DNA from: Macrostomum lignano
Lineage: Eukaryota
NCBI GenBank assembly: GCA_002269645.1
Contig: NIVC01002330.1
Span: 50,051-114,050 of the forward strand
Direction of reading: 5' to 3'
Length of the DNA: 64,000 bases
The position numbers were made by a program, and so were the translations under genes. The notes under the pieces were generated by a model that saw nothing but the letters and a program-made list of their open reading frames with translations, was not told the DNA's origin and did not search any database. This document shows, piece by piece, positions 1-11,811 of this stretch. Numbering within the stretch: position 1 is the first letter of the stretch; each line of letters starts with the position of its first letter.

Positions 1-1416
1 AGGCCTTCGCAGTCCTCGCGCAATTGCGCAGGGCTGTCGGCACCACCTGGGGGCTCACCCCCAAGCGCCTCTGGTGGATCTACACTGCAATGGTTAGGCC
101 CGCTATCTCGTATGGCGGCCTGATCTGGGCTAGCGCCCTGCAGATAAAGACCTGTCTAGAGGCTCTCAGGAGAGCGCAAGGGCGCGCATGTCGCACGATC
201 ATGAGCGCCCCTCCGTCTGCTCCTTACGATGGCCTCTACGCCTTCCTCAACATTCCCCCGCTGGACATCTTTGTCCGCAGGAAAGCGGCTAAGACTGCCC
301 GCCGTCTAGCTGACGCTGGCATTCGAATCCAGCCCCATAGGGCCATGGCTAAGCGCAAGCTTCTGCCCCACGCCGACCTCTGCCTCAAGGACTTGAGAGA
401 CAGCGGCGGGCTCCACGTCCTATCTGACGGCGAACCCCGCACTCTCAACCTCTTTCAGCGCTACAAGGTCACCATCCCCTCTAGGGATGCTAGGGATGCT
501 GCCAATGACCACTGGAATTTCCAGGAGGTCCATTGCTACACGGACGGATCCATCAAAGACGGCCGCCGGCTTTGGGGTCTGCATCATCATCAACGGCCGC
601 GTAATTGCCACGCATGCCCAGCACACTGGTAGACTCTCCACAGTCTTCCAGAACGAAGTCCTTGCCATCAGCTCTTGCGCTGCAGAGCTAAACGCCAAGG
701 TTACGAGAGGAAAGACTATTGTCATCCACTCCGACAGCCAAGCGGCCTTACAGGCCCTTTGCCACACCACAACGAACTCCCGGACAGTCGCCGACTGCGC
801 CCGGCAGCTCAACCTCCTGGCCAGAAGCAATACTGTCAGGCTGAAGTGGATCCCAGGGCACGCAGGGTTTCCGGGGAACGAGCTGGCAGACACCCTCGCC
901 AAGAGGGGCGGCTCTGGCTCTTTCTTCGGCCCTGCCCCCCTGGTCCCTATGCCCTTGACAGTCATCAATCGTCAGATTGACGACTGGGCTGACTCCCTCC
1001 ACAGGGACAGATGGGCGGGCACCCAAAACTGCCGGCAATCTCGTGCCGCGGTTCCTTGCCCGTCTCGCAGGCTCAGAAACATCCTTCTGAACTAGAATCG
1101 GAAGGATATTCGAGCCCTTGTCATGACCCTTACCGGCCATGGCTACCTCGCCAGGCACTGCTTCCTCCGAGGCCACATCGAGAGCGAACTTTGCCTCTTT
1201 TGCGAGTGCGACAATGAAGATACTCAGCACTTTGTCTGTCACTGCCCCTTCTTTAACAGAGGCCGGCTACGCTACCTCGGGCCGAACCCGTCCATTGACG
1301 AGGTCTGCCAGCCCGACAGCATCTCACGGCTCATCCAGTTCCTTCGGGCGACTAGACGAGCCAGTTTCTTCCCAACGGAAGATCACGCTGCAGGACGGAC
1401 CGGCGGACCACCCTGA
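1..1416 (+). mobile_element. 3' part of ORF2 of a non-LTR retrotransposon (LOA/Lian-like, R1/I superfamily): RT C-terminal region, RNase H and CCHC knuckle; disrupted by a frameshift and a nonsense codon
   Basis: Frame is open from the window start: WGLTPKRLWWIYTAMVRPAISYGGLIW (post-RT motif typical of LOA-clade elements). RNase H motifs YTDGS, FQNEVLAI, HSDSQAAL and WIPGHAGFPGNELADTLAK. Knuckle CLFCECDNEDTQHFVCHC. Frameshift at about 561-570, in-frame TAG at 1093-1095, stop at 1414-1416. Confidence 0.9.
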
Positions 1417-4400
1417 CCGGCCCCACGCCTCTGCCTGTCTGCGGGCCTTCAGGGACTAGCGGAATGGGCGACTCTCGCCCCCCCCCCGCTGTGTCTACGG
1501 ACCACCCTGCAGCTAAGTCAAGTAAGTCAAGAGTAGACGAGAAGACAAACAAAGAGTTCCTAGAGTCTTTGAAGAGAAACAAAGACTCTAGGAATCAAGA
1601 GGCCCAGAAGGAAACTATAGTTCCGCGAGCCATAGGGCCCGTAGGAAATTGTAAGGCACTCGCGACAAGAGGCTTGTCTCGGTCCCGCGCTAAGTTTCAC
1701 AGTCGTGATATATTACCCGTCGGCAGTAGCGTGGTTCACATCAATTTATTATTCAGACCGTCAACTTTAATAAATATCGACCTTTTACATTTCGTGGAAC
1801 CGGCATTGGGATTAGCGTGAATTATTTTGCTAGCGACTTAGAGGGCCGTTACGTTTGGTGTCTTAGCGGTGGAATTTAGTAGTCAACACCGGAGTTTTTA
1901 ACTAACCATCAGCCCGTTACATAACTATATGGCGCCTTGACGTGGTGGAAACTTTTCGTCGAATTGAATTTCGCCGAAATGACTTTTCGCCGAAATGATC
2001 GTAACCCGTATAATCGACTGTTGACTTTCCAGACATCAAGGCGAACGTTTAAATTGGCACTTTTCACTCATTTTTCTCCTCATTGGCGAAGGTAGCAATG
2101 AATTGAATACAGCTGATTGAAGGGTTCTTGGCCTACATCAAGGTGCTACTAACCAGTTTCGCCGAGTCGAAAGCAGCTGTACCATAGCATAGTTGATTTT
2201 GTGTGAAGATCAATAGATGCGATCTTGCCTGCTCTGACGTTCACATGGATTTCGTAAAGGATGAATTGGCTACTAGGCATGTGATCTGCTGAAAATTTGA
2301 ACGGTTGAAAGTTGAAAGGTTTTGGTCGCTCGGCTCTCGTGTCCGGTTGGCAACTTGTACTACTACTTACTGATTCCTGGAACTTCTGGTCCTGCTCGAA
2401 CTTCGATGTACTCCAAAAGCTTCTAATTTTTTCCTCTGCAATTTCAGCTGCCGCGAGCGAAAGTAGTGCCACAACGCCAGCTCTTTTACTTCAGAAATAT
2501 TTATTCTCCTCCTAATTGATTCAACTGGAGATGATTCACATATCTGTGTCACTTTGCTTTTCCTTTGAGAAAATTTCTTGCACATCCAGAAAACTCCGGA
2601 AAACACGCGTGAATACGAATAAAACTTTCTAGAAATATACACGCAAACAAAGCTTCCTGGTCACGCTGGAAGTTTCTAGAAAGTCTGTCTCAATATGACA
2701 ATTATTTTTGTAGAAAATAATAACTTTTAAGTAACTTTTAAGCCTAATAAGTGACAAAATAGATAATAGGGAGCAAGTAGCAAATGTAACACGTTATCGA
2801 GTGTCAGGTCGATCTGAAAGTTTCTGTCACTTTCTGATCGTTCTGAAAGTTCAGGAATCATATCATTTCAGTTTTAAGGTTCAGTTTAACTCAAGCAGTT
2901 CCGCTTAGGTCAGTTTAAAGGGAGAGGCCATTTCGGTAACAACCAGAAGAACATATTCCAAAAGCATTCTATGACTATGGGAATGGGCATGGGCATGGCT
3001 TGGGTGAAATTTTAAACATCTTGTTACTAAATGTTAGTAAAATAGAAAGGTCTCGGAAACCTAATCATCAATTTCTGTTCTTTTCATGTTATAAGTTTTT
3101 TATTTTAAATTAAAGAAAGAAATTGAAGAATTGGTAGTTTTCCTTTTGTTAAATTATTTTATATATTTGCATAGCCATAGATAGGCATTGACCTATATGC
3201 TATATTGGCTCTTATTCCCATGCTATGTAGCCATTAGGCCTAATTAAAATAATTGAAAAATATACCTTTATAGTATAATTTTTCTATATTATTTTAAGGC
3301 TTTAAGTGAGTTTGTCTTATATAGTTATATTATACAAAGTCAAAGAGCCTAATATAAAAGTTATTGATTTCAATTCTATTTTTATTTTGTTGTTTTTAAT
3401 TTAATAAGACAGCCCTAGATTTTAAATTCTAATCTATATATATTTAAAATCCTAGTCTATATAATAAGATTTTAAAATAATAAAATAGATATTAGGGGTA
3501 CCAGTTGTTTCAATAAGTTGGTGACAAGTTGTTTCGGTGACAGTTGTTTTGATGACAAGTAATCAATTGCTTTTGTGATAGACACACTATTTTTGATGAA
3601 AGATTAAAGATTCCATAATTATAGTTATTTTAGTAATGACAGGTGTTTCATAATATTAGCTTGTTATAGTTGTTTTGTTAGGCCTAAGATTTATATTTCA
3701 TATATATATTTAAAAAGTTCCATCAAAAGATTAATATATTTAAAAAAAAATAAAAAAGAAAAGAAATCAAACTAATTATATTGTTTTCATTGTGCAGAGA
3801 TTGTTTTGAATTGTCCTAGAATATTTAATCATATAAACTATAAACCTATAAAGAATCCTCATGAAATGCCAACCACAAAAAGCAAAGATATTCACTAGAC
3901 ACTATGGTTGGCTGGATTCATTTAGATTGGAAAATATAAATTCAAAAAATTGCAACTCTTGTAAATAAACAAAATTAAATAAAGCAATACTTAACTGGTT
4001 CAGAAATTTATAAAAGTTTTGGTCAATATCCCTTAAGATTTGCAAGGTAATTTTTGTTTAAAAACAGAATGACTAGGCTCTAGGGGGGGATTGGTTAGAC
4101 AAAAGGTTTAGAAAAAGTGTTAGAGAGAAACAATTATTTAGCTAACGTTGTTAAATATTAGATAGTAGTTAAAGGGATTCATTTATTAATAGACCCTAAC
4201 AAAAAACAAACTTATAGTATATTCACTTAATGACATATATGCAAAATACCTAGTTACAAGTTTAGATAACTTGCATAATCTAACTTTTCTCAAATAAACA
4301 AAAAGATAGATCTAACCTCTTTTTCTCTTTATTTTTACTGATTTTGTAATCCAATAGTCTCCACCTCTTATAAAATATTAAAGTAGCAAATACTTAAATG

Positions 4401-4655
4401 GATTAAAAAATTATAACAATTTTAGCATTCTATTTGGAGAAAAATAAATCAACAGTTGCTAAAAAAGTGGGGGGTGGGCATGGCTCCCCTGCCCCCCCCC
4501 CCATTCTGATGCTTATGTTACTAGATATGGGAAATGTGTGTTCCTGTAACCAAACTATGGTAGAACTCTTCATGTGAATTCCAAGAAAAGTTAATTTAAT
4601 CCACCTGATCAATTCATGTTCCACAGTACACAGTAAATTCCAATCAATCTATAGC

Positions 4656-5253
4656 ATGGGTGAGTTCATTGGAGCCCAGCTGCAGTTAGACTGTGGCCCA
4701 CTACTAGGCACATTTGTTGGCACAGTTGTTGACGTTAGCAACGAGAAGGTGACACTGCGCGATGCCAGCCGCAATGGACTGCCCAGCGATACTAGTGAGG
4801 TGACACTGCACAGGTCATCGATCGTTAGCATTGTCATGCTGCAGTCCAAGGATGCTCTGGCTGCTGCCGCTGCCGCTACCACTTCTGCTTCGACAGAAAC
4901 CGCAAAGCAACAACCAAAAAAGCAGCAGCTGACAGCAACCTCAGCTTCAGCCACTTCGGCTGCTGCTATTGCAAAGCAGCAGCGCACAGCCGAGAAGCTG
5001 ATGAGCATACCAAATGCAACACCTGCTTATATTTGCTCCAGCCCGCCTGTTAAGGCCCCGTCGCACTTCTCTGGTAGCAACAAGAAGAAGCAACAGCAGC
5101 CTAAGGATTCACCGATGCAGCAGCAGCAGCAGCAACGAGGCGTTACTCCAACTAGAAAGACGCCGATTGGAGAGCAGCAATGTCGACAAGTGCGTAGCTT
5201 ACAGTATATCTATTCAGCTATGATTACCCGCTGTTAGGAGATAGATAGATCGT

Positions 5254-5306
<53 letters not shown>

Positions 5307-7680
5307 TTATTGATTGATTGATTGATTGACAGATCGAGCTATTTAGTTCTTAAGATTGGCAATCGATTATAGCTGTTATTTATGCACTGCTAATGTCCTT
5401 TCCCCCTGTTTCCATAGCAACAAGACACTAGCGCCAGCGTCCCCGGCAACAATGGCGGCAGCGCATTCGTCCCCTACCGCGGCAGCAAACTGCCGCAGCA
5501 GAATGCATCAGCCCAAAAGCAGCAGCCAAGGCACAACGCCTTCAGCATGTCAGCCGGTGACATGATGGATGATTTCGATTTCGAAGGCAACCTGGCGCTG
5601 TTCGACAAGCAGGCCTTCTACGCCATGGTGGACAGCGGCCAGACTCCCGAGCCGGACCTGGTGCGCACCGCCCAGCCACCCCAGCCGGAGCCGAAGCTGC
5701 GGCCAGACCAGAGCGTCCTGCTGCCCGGCGGTGCCGCTCCCGCCGCGCCCTCTATTCAGGTAACTCCGCCCTAATAAATCTCCCTGAGAATCTCCCCCCT
5801 AATAAATCTCCCTGAGAATCTCCCCCTAATAAATCTCCCTGAGAATCCCCCCTAAAAAAATCTCCCTGAGAATCTCTCCCCTAATAAATCTCCCTGAGTA
5901 TCTCCCCCCTAATAAATCTCCCTGAGAATCTCCCCCTAATAAATCTCCCTGAGAATCCCCCCTAATAAATCTCCCTGAGAATCTCCCCCCTAATAAATCT
6001 CCCCTAGAATCCCCCCTAATAAATCTCCCTGAGAATCCCCCCCCCCTAATATATCTCCCTGAGAATCGCCCCCTAATAAATCTCCCTGAGAATCTCCCCC
6101 CTAATAAATCTCCCCGAGAATCCCTTCTAATAAATCTCCCTGAGAATCCCCCCTAATAAATCTCCCTGAGAATCGCCCCCTAATAAATCTCCCTGAGAAT
6201 CCCCCCCTAATAAATCTCCCTGAGAATCGCCCCCCTAATAAATCTCCCTGAGAATATCCCCCCTAATAAATCTCCCTGAGAATCTCTCCCCTAATAAATC
6301 TCCCTGAGAATCTCCCCCCTAATATATCTCCCTGAGAATCGCCCCCTAATAAATCTCCCTGAGAATCTCCCCCCTAATAAATCTCTCTGAGAATCGCCCC
6401 CTAATAAATCTCCCTGAGAATCGCCCCCTAATGAATCTCCCTGAGAATCGCCCCCTACTAAATCTCCCTGAGAATCGCCCCATACTAAATCTCCCTGAGA
6501 TCGCCCTCTAATAAATCTCCCTTAGAATCGCCCCCTACTAAATCTCTCTGAGAATCGCCCCTAATAAATCTCACTGAGAATCGCCCCAAACCGCGTTCCG
6601 TCTCCTCAGGTGCCATGCAAAGTGGACTGCCAATTTGCCACAGACGTGAGTCTCCCCGTGCCGTCTGTGACCGAGGAGCTCCGGGTGGCTGTCCTGTCTG
6701 CCGCTGATAAAGCCGGCTTAACGGCCGCCCGCTTAGCCGAAGCTTTTGGCCGCAGCGCGTCCGAGTTTCTGGTGAGCTGAATTGCAGTTCTTTTATGAGC
6801 TATGACTCAAATTGCAGTTCTTTTTGAGCTATGACTCAAATTGCAGTGCTTTTATGGGCTATGACTCAAATTGCTGTGCTTTTATGGGCTATGACTCAAA
6901 TTGCTGTGCTTTTATGGGCTATGACTCAAATTGCAGTGCTTTTATGGGCTATGACTCAAATTGCTGTGCTTTTATGGGCTATGACTCAAATTGCTGTGCT
7001 TTTATGGGCTATGACTCAAATTCCAACTAGTTTATAACATTTAGACTCTTTGAGCATTGATATTAGGGCTCTGTGTATCTGACCTCAGTTGACCTTGACT
7101 TCCAACCTGGCACCCAATCCAGGTGCAGCAGATGGGCGGGGCCAGCCGGCTGCAGCCGGGCAATCAGCACCAGCTGCCGCAGGTGGCCGTGCTAGTGGGG
7201 CCAGGCAGGCGCGGCCTAATGGGATTATCAATGGCTCGTCACCTGGCTAATAAAGAGGTTCGAGTGCACGTGTACTGCAGCGAACGCGAACTGGCGGCCT
7301 CAAGTGAGCTGGCCCAGGAAGTACAGCTGTTCCGCACCACCGGCTGTCCAGTGGTGCACAGCTGCCGCGACCTGCCCTGGCTGCTAGACTACATAGTGCT
7401 GGCCACTAGCGAGCCGGACAGCCCGGAGCACACTCTGGCCCTGTGGTGCCGCTCCAACAGGGCTCCGGTTGTTGGCGTGTGTCCTCAGCAACGAAATCCG
7501 GCTAGGTTGGAGTGCAAAATTAATCTGCAATACTGCCTACCGGTGCCCGTTGACGCTGGCTATGGCTCCACCTATCTGGTGGATGCTGGCATTACTAAAC
7601 ACGTCTATAGGCAGGTGGGCATCTTGTACGCCAGCCCCTTTGGCCACCGGTCTGTGGTGCAGCTGCATGCGGCTAATTGA
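4656..7680 (+). CDS. EDC3: Enhancer of mRNA-decapping protein 3; join(4656..5189,5418..5759,6610..6771,7123..7680), about 531 aa
   Basis: N-terminal LSm domain (FIGAQLQLDCGPLLGTFVGTVVDV), FDF motif (DDFDFEGNLALFDK) and C-terminal YjeF_N domain (VAVLVGPGRRGLMGLSMARHLAN...YLVDAGI). All three introns are GT-AG, phase 0, and exon lengths are multiples of 3. AATAAA at 7701. Confidence 0.93.
5238..5330. repeat. (GATA)n/(GATT)n microsatellite in EDC3 intron 1
   Basis: Seen directly. Confidence 0.95.
5771..6588. repeat. About 28-bp minisatellite (CTAATAAATCTCCCTGAGAATC[T/G]CCCC) filling EDC3 intron 2
   Basis: About 29 tandem units running from just after the donor (5760) to just before the acceptor (6609). 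Confidence 0.95.
6778..7023. repeat. 30-bp minisatellite in EDC3 intron 3
   Basis: About 8 copies of TATGACTCAAATTGC[A/T]GTGCTTTTATGGGC. Confidence 0.95.
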
Positions 7681-7723
7681 CTGGCTAACAAGAGCTTAAG
7701 AATAAATAGCTCGTATATATAAT

Positions 7724-7932
7724 CGCTACACTAAGAACCCTAATCACTGAACTAAGAACCCTAATCGCTACACTAAGAATCCTAATCGCTAAACTAAGAA
7801 TCCTAATCGCTGAACTAAGAATCCTAATCGCTGAACTAAGAATCCGAATCTCTAAACTAAGAATCCAAATCTCAAACTTAAGAATCCTAATCTCTAAACT
7901 AAGAATCCTAATCGCTGAACTAAGAATCCTAA
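7724..7932. repeat. 21-bp satellite (CTAAGAATCCTAATCTCTAAA), left remnant
   Basis: About 10 copies, with the same unit as 13521-16886; interrupted by a Helitron. Confidence 0.92.
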
Positions 7933-8514
7933 TCCTATATACTAAAAATGAAATGTCTGTAACTAACTAGCTATGCGATAGATATCAGAAAAAATGGCTC
8001 AACCGATTTTCTTCAAACTTGCACCATTCGATCAGAAATTTTCCTGGGACGGTACATGCATCTTGGCTAAGAAATTGCTCAATGTTAAAGGGATTAAATA
8101 TTCGAAAAACATGCTTTTTTGCAAAGGTCAAGCAGCTCTTTCGACCTGAAATGCATTGTAAGAATGCTAGAGAAAAAACTGACTGGCTGAATTACGATTG
8201 TGATAAAGATTGCATCACAACAAGTTGAAAACAGTGCCACAGAAACGCACACAAGACTTCATTGAAATTGCGTAACCATATTGCTAACTTGAATTTAGAC
8301 TGATACTGGCTGACTGAGAAATTGATTATGTCATAACTTTTTACTCTAACCGACTTGCTATAAGAATTTATTATAAGGGCCACAATTCAAGTTCTCCGAT
8401 TGAAAAGAGATAGCCGGATGCAAACAAACTGGAATGCTAATGTAGCGACCTTGGTTCGAATCTTAGTAGTGAAAAATGTTTTTTTTATTAAAACGCCTTA
8501 AAAACACAAAATTC

Positions 8515-10250
8515 TAAACATTAAAGAGCCACCATTTCAAACATTAAAGAGCCACAATGTCAAACATTAAAGAGCCACCATTTCAAACCTATAAGAGCCA
8601 CCATGTCGAACATTAAAGAGCCACCATTTCAAACATTAAAGAGCCACAATGTCAAACATTAAAGAGCCACCATTTCAAACCTAAAAGAGCCACCATGTCG
8701 AACATTAAAGAGCCACCATGTCGAACATAAAAGAGCCACCATATCAAACATAAAAGAGTTACCATGTCAAACATTAAAGAGCCACCATGTCGAACATTAA
8801 AGAGCCACAATGTCAAACATTTAAGAGCCACCATTTCAAACCTAAAAGAGCCACCATGTCGAACATTAAAAAGCCACCATGTCAAACATTAAAAAGCCAC
8901 CATGTCAAACATTAAAGAGCCACCATTTCAAACCTAAAAGAGCCACCATGTCGAACATTAAAAAGCCACCATGTCAAACATTAAAAAGCCACCATGTCAA
9001 ACATTAAAGAGCCGCCATGTCAAACATAAAACAGACACCATTAAGAACATTAAAGAGCCACCATGTCGAACATAAAAGAGCCACCATGTAGAACATAAAA
9101 GAGTCACCATGTCAAACATTAAAGAGCCACCATGTAAAACATTAAAGAGCCACCATGTCGAACATAAAAGAGGTACCATGTCAAACATTAAAGACCCACC
9201 AGGTCAAACATGAAAGTGCCACCATGTCAAATATTAAAAAGCCACCATGTCAAACATTAAAGAGCCACCAGGTCAAACATGAAAGTGCCACCATATAAAA
9301 CATTAAAGAGCCACCAGGTCAAACATATACATGACTCCATGTCAAACATATACGTGACTCCATGTCAAGCATTGAAGAGACACCATGTCGAACATAAAAG
9401 AGCCACCATGCAAAACATAAAAGAGCCACCATGTCTAACATTAAAGAGCCACCATGCAAAACATAAAAGAGCCACCATGTCTAACATTAAAGAGCCACCA
9501 TGTCAAACATATACATGACTCCATGTCAAACGTTAAAGAGACACCATGTCAAACATTGAAGAGCCACCATGTCAAACATTTAAGAGCCACCATGTAAAAC
9601 ATATACGTAACTCCATGTCAAACATTAAAGCGACACCATGTCGAACATAAAAGAGCCACCATGTCGAACATTAAAGAGCCACCATGTCGAACATAAAAGA
9701 GCTACCATGTCAAACATTAAAGAGCCACCATGTTAAACATAAAAGAGCCATCATGTCAAACATATAAGTGACTTTATGTCGAACATTAAAGAGCCACCAT
9801 GTCTAACATTAAAGAGCCACCATGTCCAACATTAAAGAGCCACCATGTCAAAAATTAAAGAGCCACCATGTCTATCATTAAAGAGCCATCATGTCAAACA
9901 TTAAACAGCTACTTTGTCTAACATTAAAGAGCCACCATGTCAAACATTAAAGAGCCACCATGTCAAACATAAAAGAGCCACCTTTTTGAACATTAAAGAG
10001 CCACCATTTCGAACATTAAAGAGCCACCATGTTAAACATTAAAAAGCCACTTTGTCAAACATAGAAGAGCCCCATGTCAAACATAGAAGAGCCCCCATGT
10101 CAAACATAGAAGAGCCCCCATGTCAAACATAGAAGAGCCACTATGTCAGACATTGAAAAGCCACCGTATCAAACATAAAAGAGTTAACATGTACGAGCGT
10201 AGAACATAAAAGAGCCACCCTGTTAAACATAAAAGATACACAATTTCAAA
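8515..10250. repeat. 22-23-bp minisatellite (AAACATTAAAGAGCCACCATGTC) inside Helitron copy 1
   Basis: About 75 variable tandem units. Confidence 0.95.
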
Positions 10251-10325
10251 CGTAAAAATAAGCGAATTTTAAAGGAGCCGCTATAATGCTAAGGAAATTG
10301 TCGCACTAGCTACTTATTGTCTGGT

Positions 10326-11098
10326 GGATGCTTGCTATTTGGGGATGCTATCTATCTTGGGGATGCTTGCTATCTGGGGGATGCTTGCTATCTGGGGGAT
10401 GCTTGCTATCTGGGGGATGCTTGCTATCTGGGGGATGCTTGCTATCTGGGGGATGCTTGCTATCTGGGGATGCTTGCTATCTGGGGGATGCTTGCTATCT
10501 GGGGGATGCTTGCTATCTGGGGGATGCTTGCTATCTGGGGGATGCTTGCTATCTGGGGGATGCTTGCTATCTTGGGGATGCTTGCTATCTTGGGGATGCT
10601 TGCTATCTGGGGGATGCTTGCTATCTGGGGGATGCTTGCTATCTGGGGGATGCTTGCTATCTGGGGGATGCTTGCTATCTGGGGGATGCTTGCTATCTGG
10701 GGGATGCTTGCTATCTGGGGGATGCTTGCTATCTGGGGGATGCTTGCTATCTGGACGATGCTTGCTATCTGGGGGATGCTTGCTATCTGGGGGATGCTTG
10801 CTATCTGGGGGATGCTTGCTATCTGGGGGATGCTTGCTATCTGGGGGATGCTTGCTATCTGGGGGATGCTTGCTATCTGGGGGATGCTTGCTATCTGAGG
10901 GATGCTTGCTATCTTGGGGATGCTTGCTATCTGGGGGATGCTTGCAATCTGGGGGATGCTTGCTATCTGGGGGATGCTTGCTATCTGGGGGATGCTTGCT
11001 ATCTAGGGGATGCTTGCTATCTGGGGGATGCTTGCTATCTAGGGGATGCTTGCTATCTAGGGGATGCTTGCTATCTGGGGGATGCTTGCAGTCTTGGG
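10326..11098. repeat. 18-bp minisatellite (GGGGGATGCTTGCTATCT) inside Helitron copy 1
   Basis: About 43 near-identical units. Confidence 0.95.
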
Positions 11099-11811
11099 AT
11101 GATTTCTTTTTGCAATGCACTTCATTTGAGCAGTTTGTCTGTTGTCTTTTTGAAGGATTTTTGGCTGTCTTTTTGTTACTTGTAGAAAACAGAGATTCTA
11201 TCCAGATGTCCCCCATCGTCTTATATACTAAATCTCTAATCTATGTCTGTCTGTCCGTGTAAAACGCTCTACAGACTGCAATTCTTGACCAATTTTGATT
11301 GCGTTTTCACCAAAAAGTTGCAACTCAACCAAGGATTGTATGGTTAACATTTCTTTTATCTGCTTCAATTCTAAAGGTCTTAAATATTCAAAAAACTGTA
11401 TTTTCCCTATCTAATTAGTGTATTTTTCTCGCAGTGAGAGCTCGAAAAATAATAATACGTCTATGGCCATAGACTAAACTTTAACTTCTTGAGCTGATGC
11501 TACGAGCTATAAATAATTAAATTATTCGCAAGCTTCAGAGTATGCACGTGGGAGATAAAAATATATTAAATTAATTTTCATTTATTTTTAGCTTGTGCCT
11601 GGACTAATCGAACATTTTTTGATTAAAAGCAACTACTAGCAATTTAAGCCCCCCGTTGGGGGACGCAAGAATGACGCCAAGTGGTTTTTATTTTGGCCAA
11701 TGAGTAATAACCTTACTTATTATTCAAAATCCATTAATCAAAACTTACTTTTTCTCATTTTTGGCAAAAATAAATTGCCATGAATCAAAACCTTCACCAG
11801 CCAAAGGCTAA

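Noticed and set aside
420-1242. Minus-strand ORFs over the retroelement
   Set aside because: Antisense shadows of the GC-rich RNase H coding region.
1960-3660. Short subterminal-type repeats (TTTCGCCGAAATGA x2 at about 1970-2000; GTTGTTT[C/T]GGTGACA at about 3500-3560) suggesting MITE ends
   Set aside because: I could not pair them into TIRs or find TSDs.
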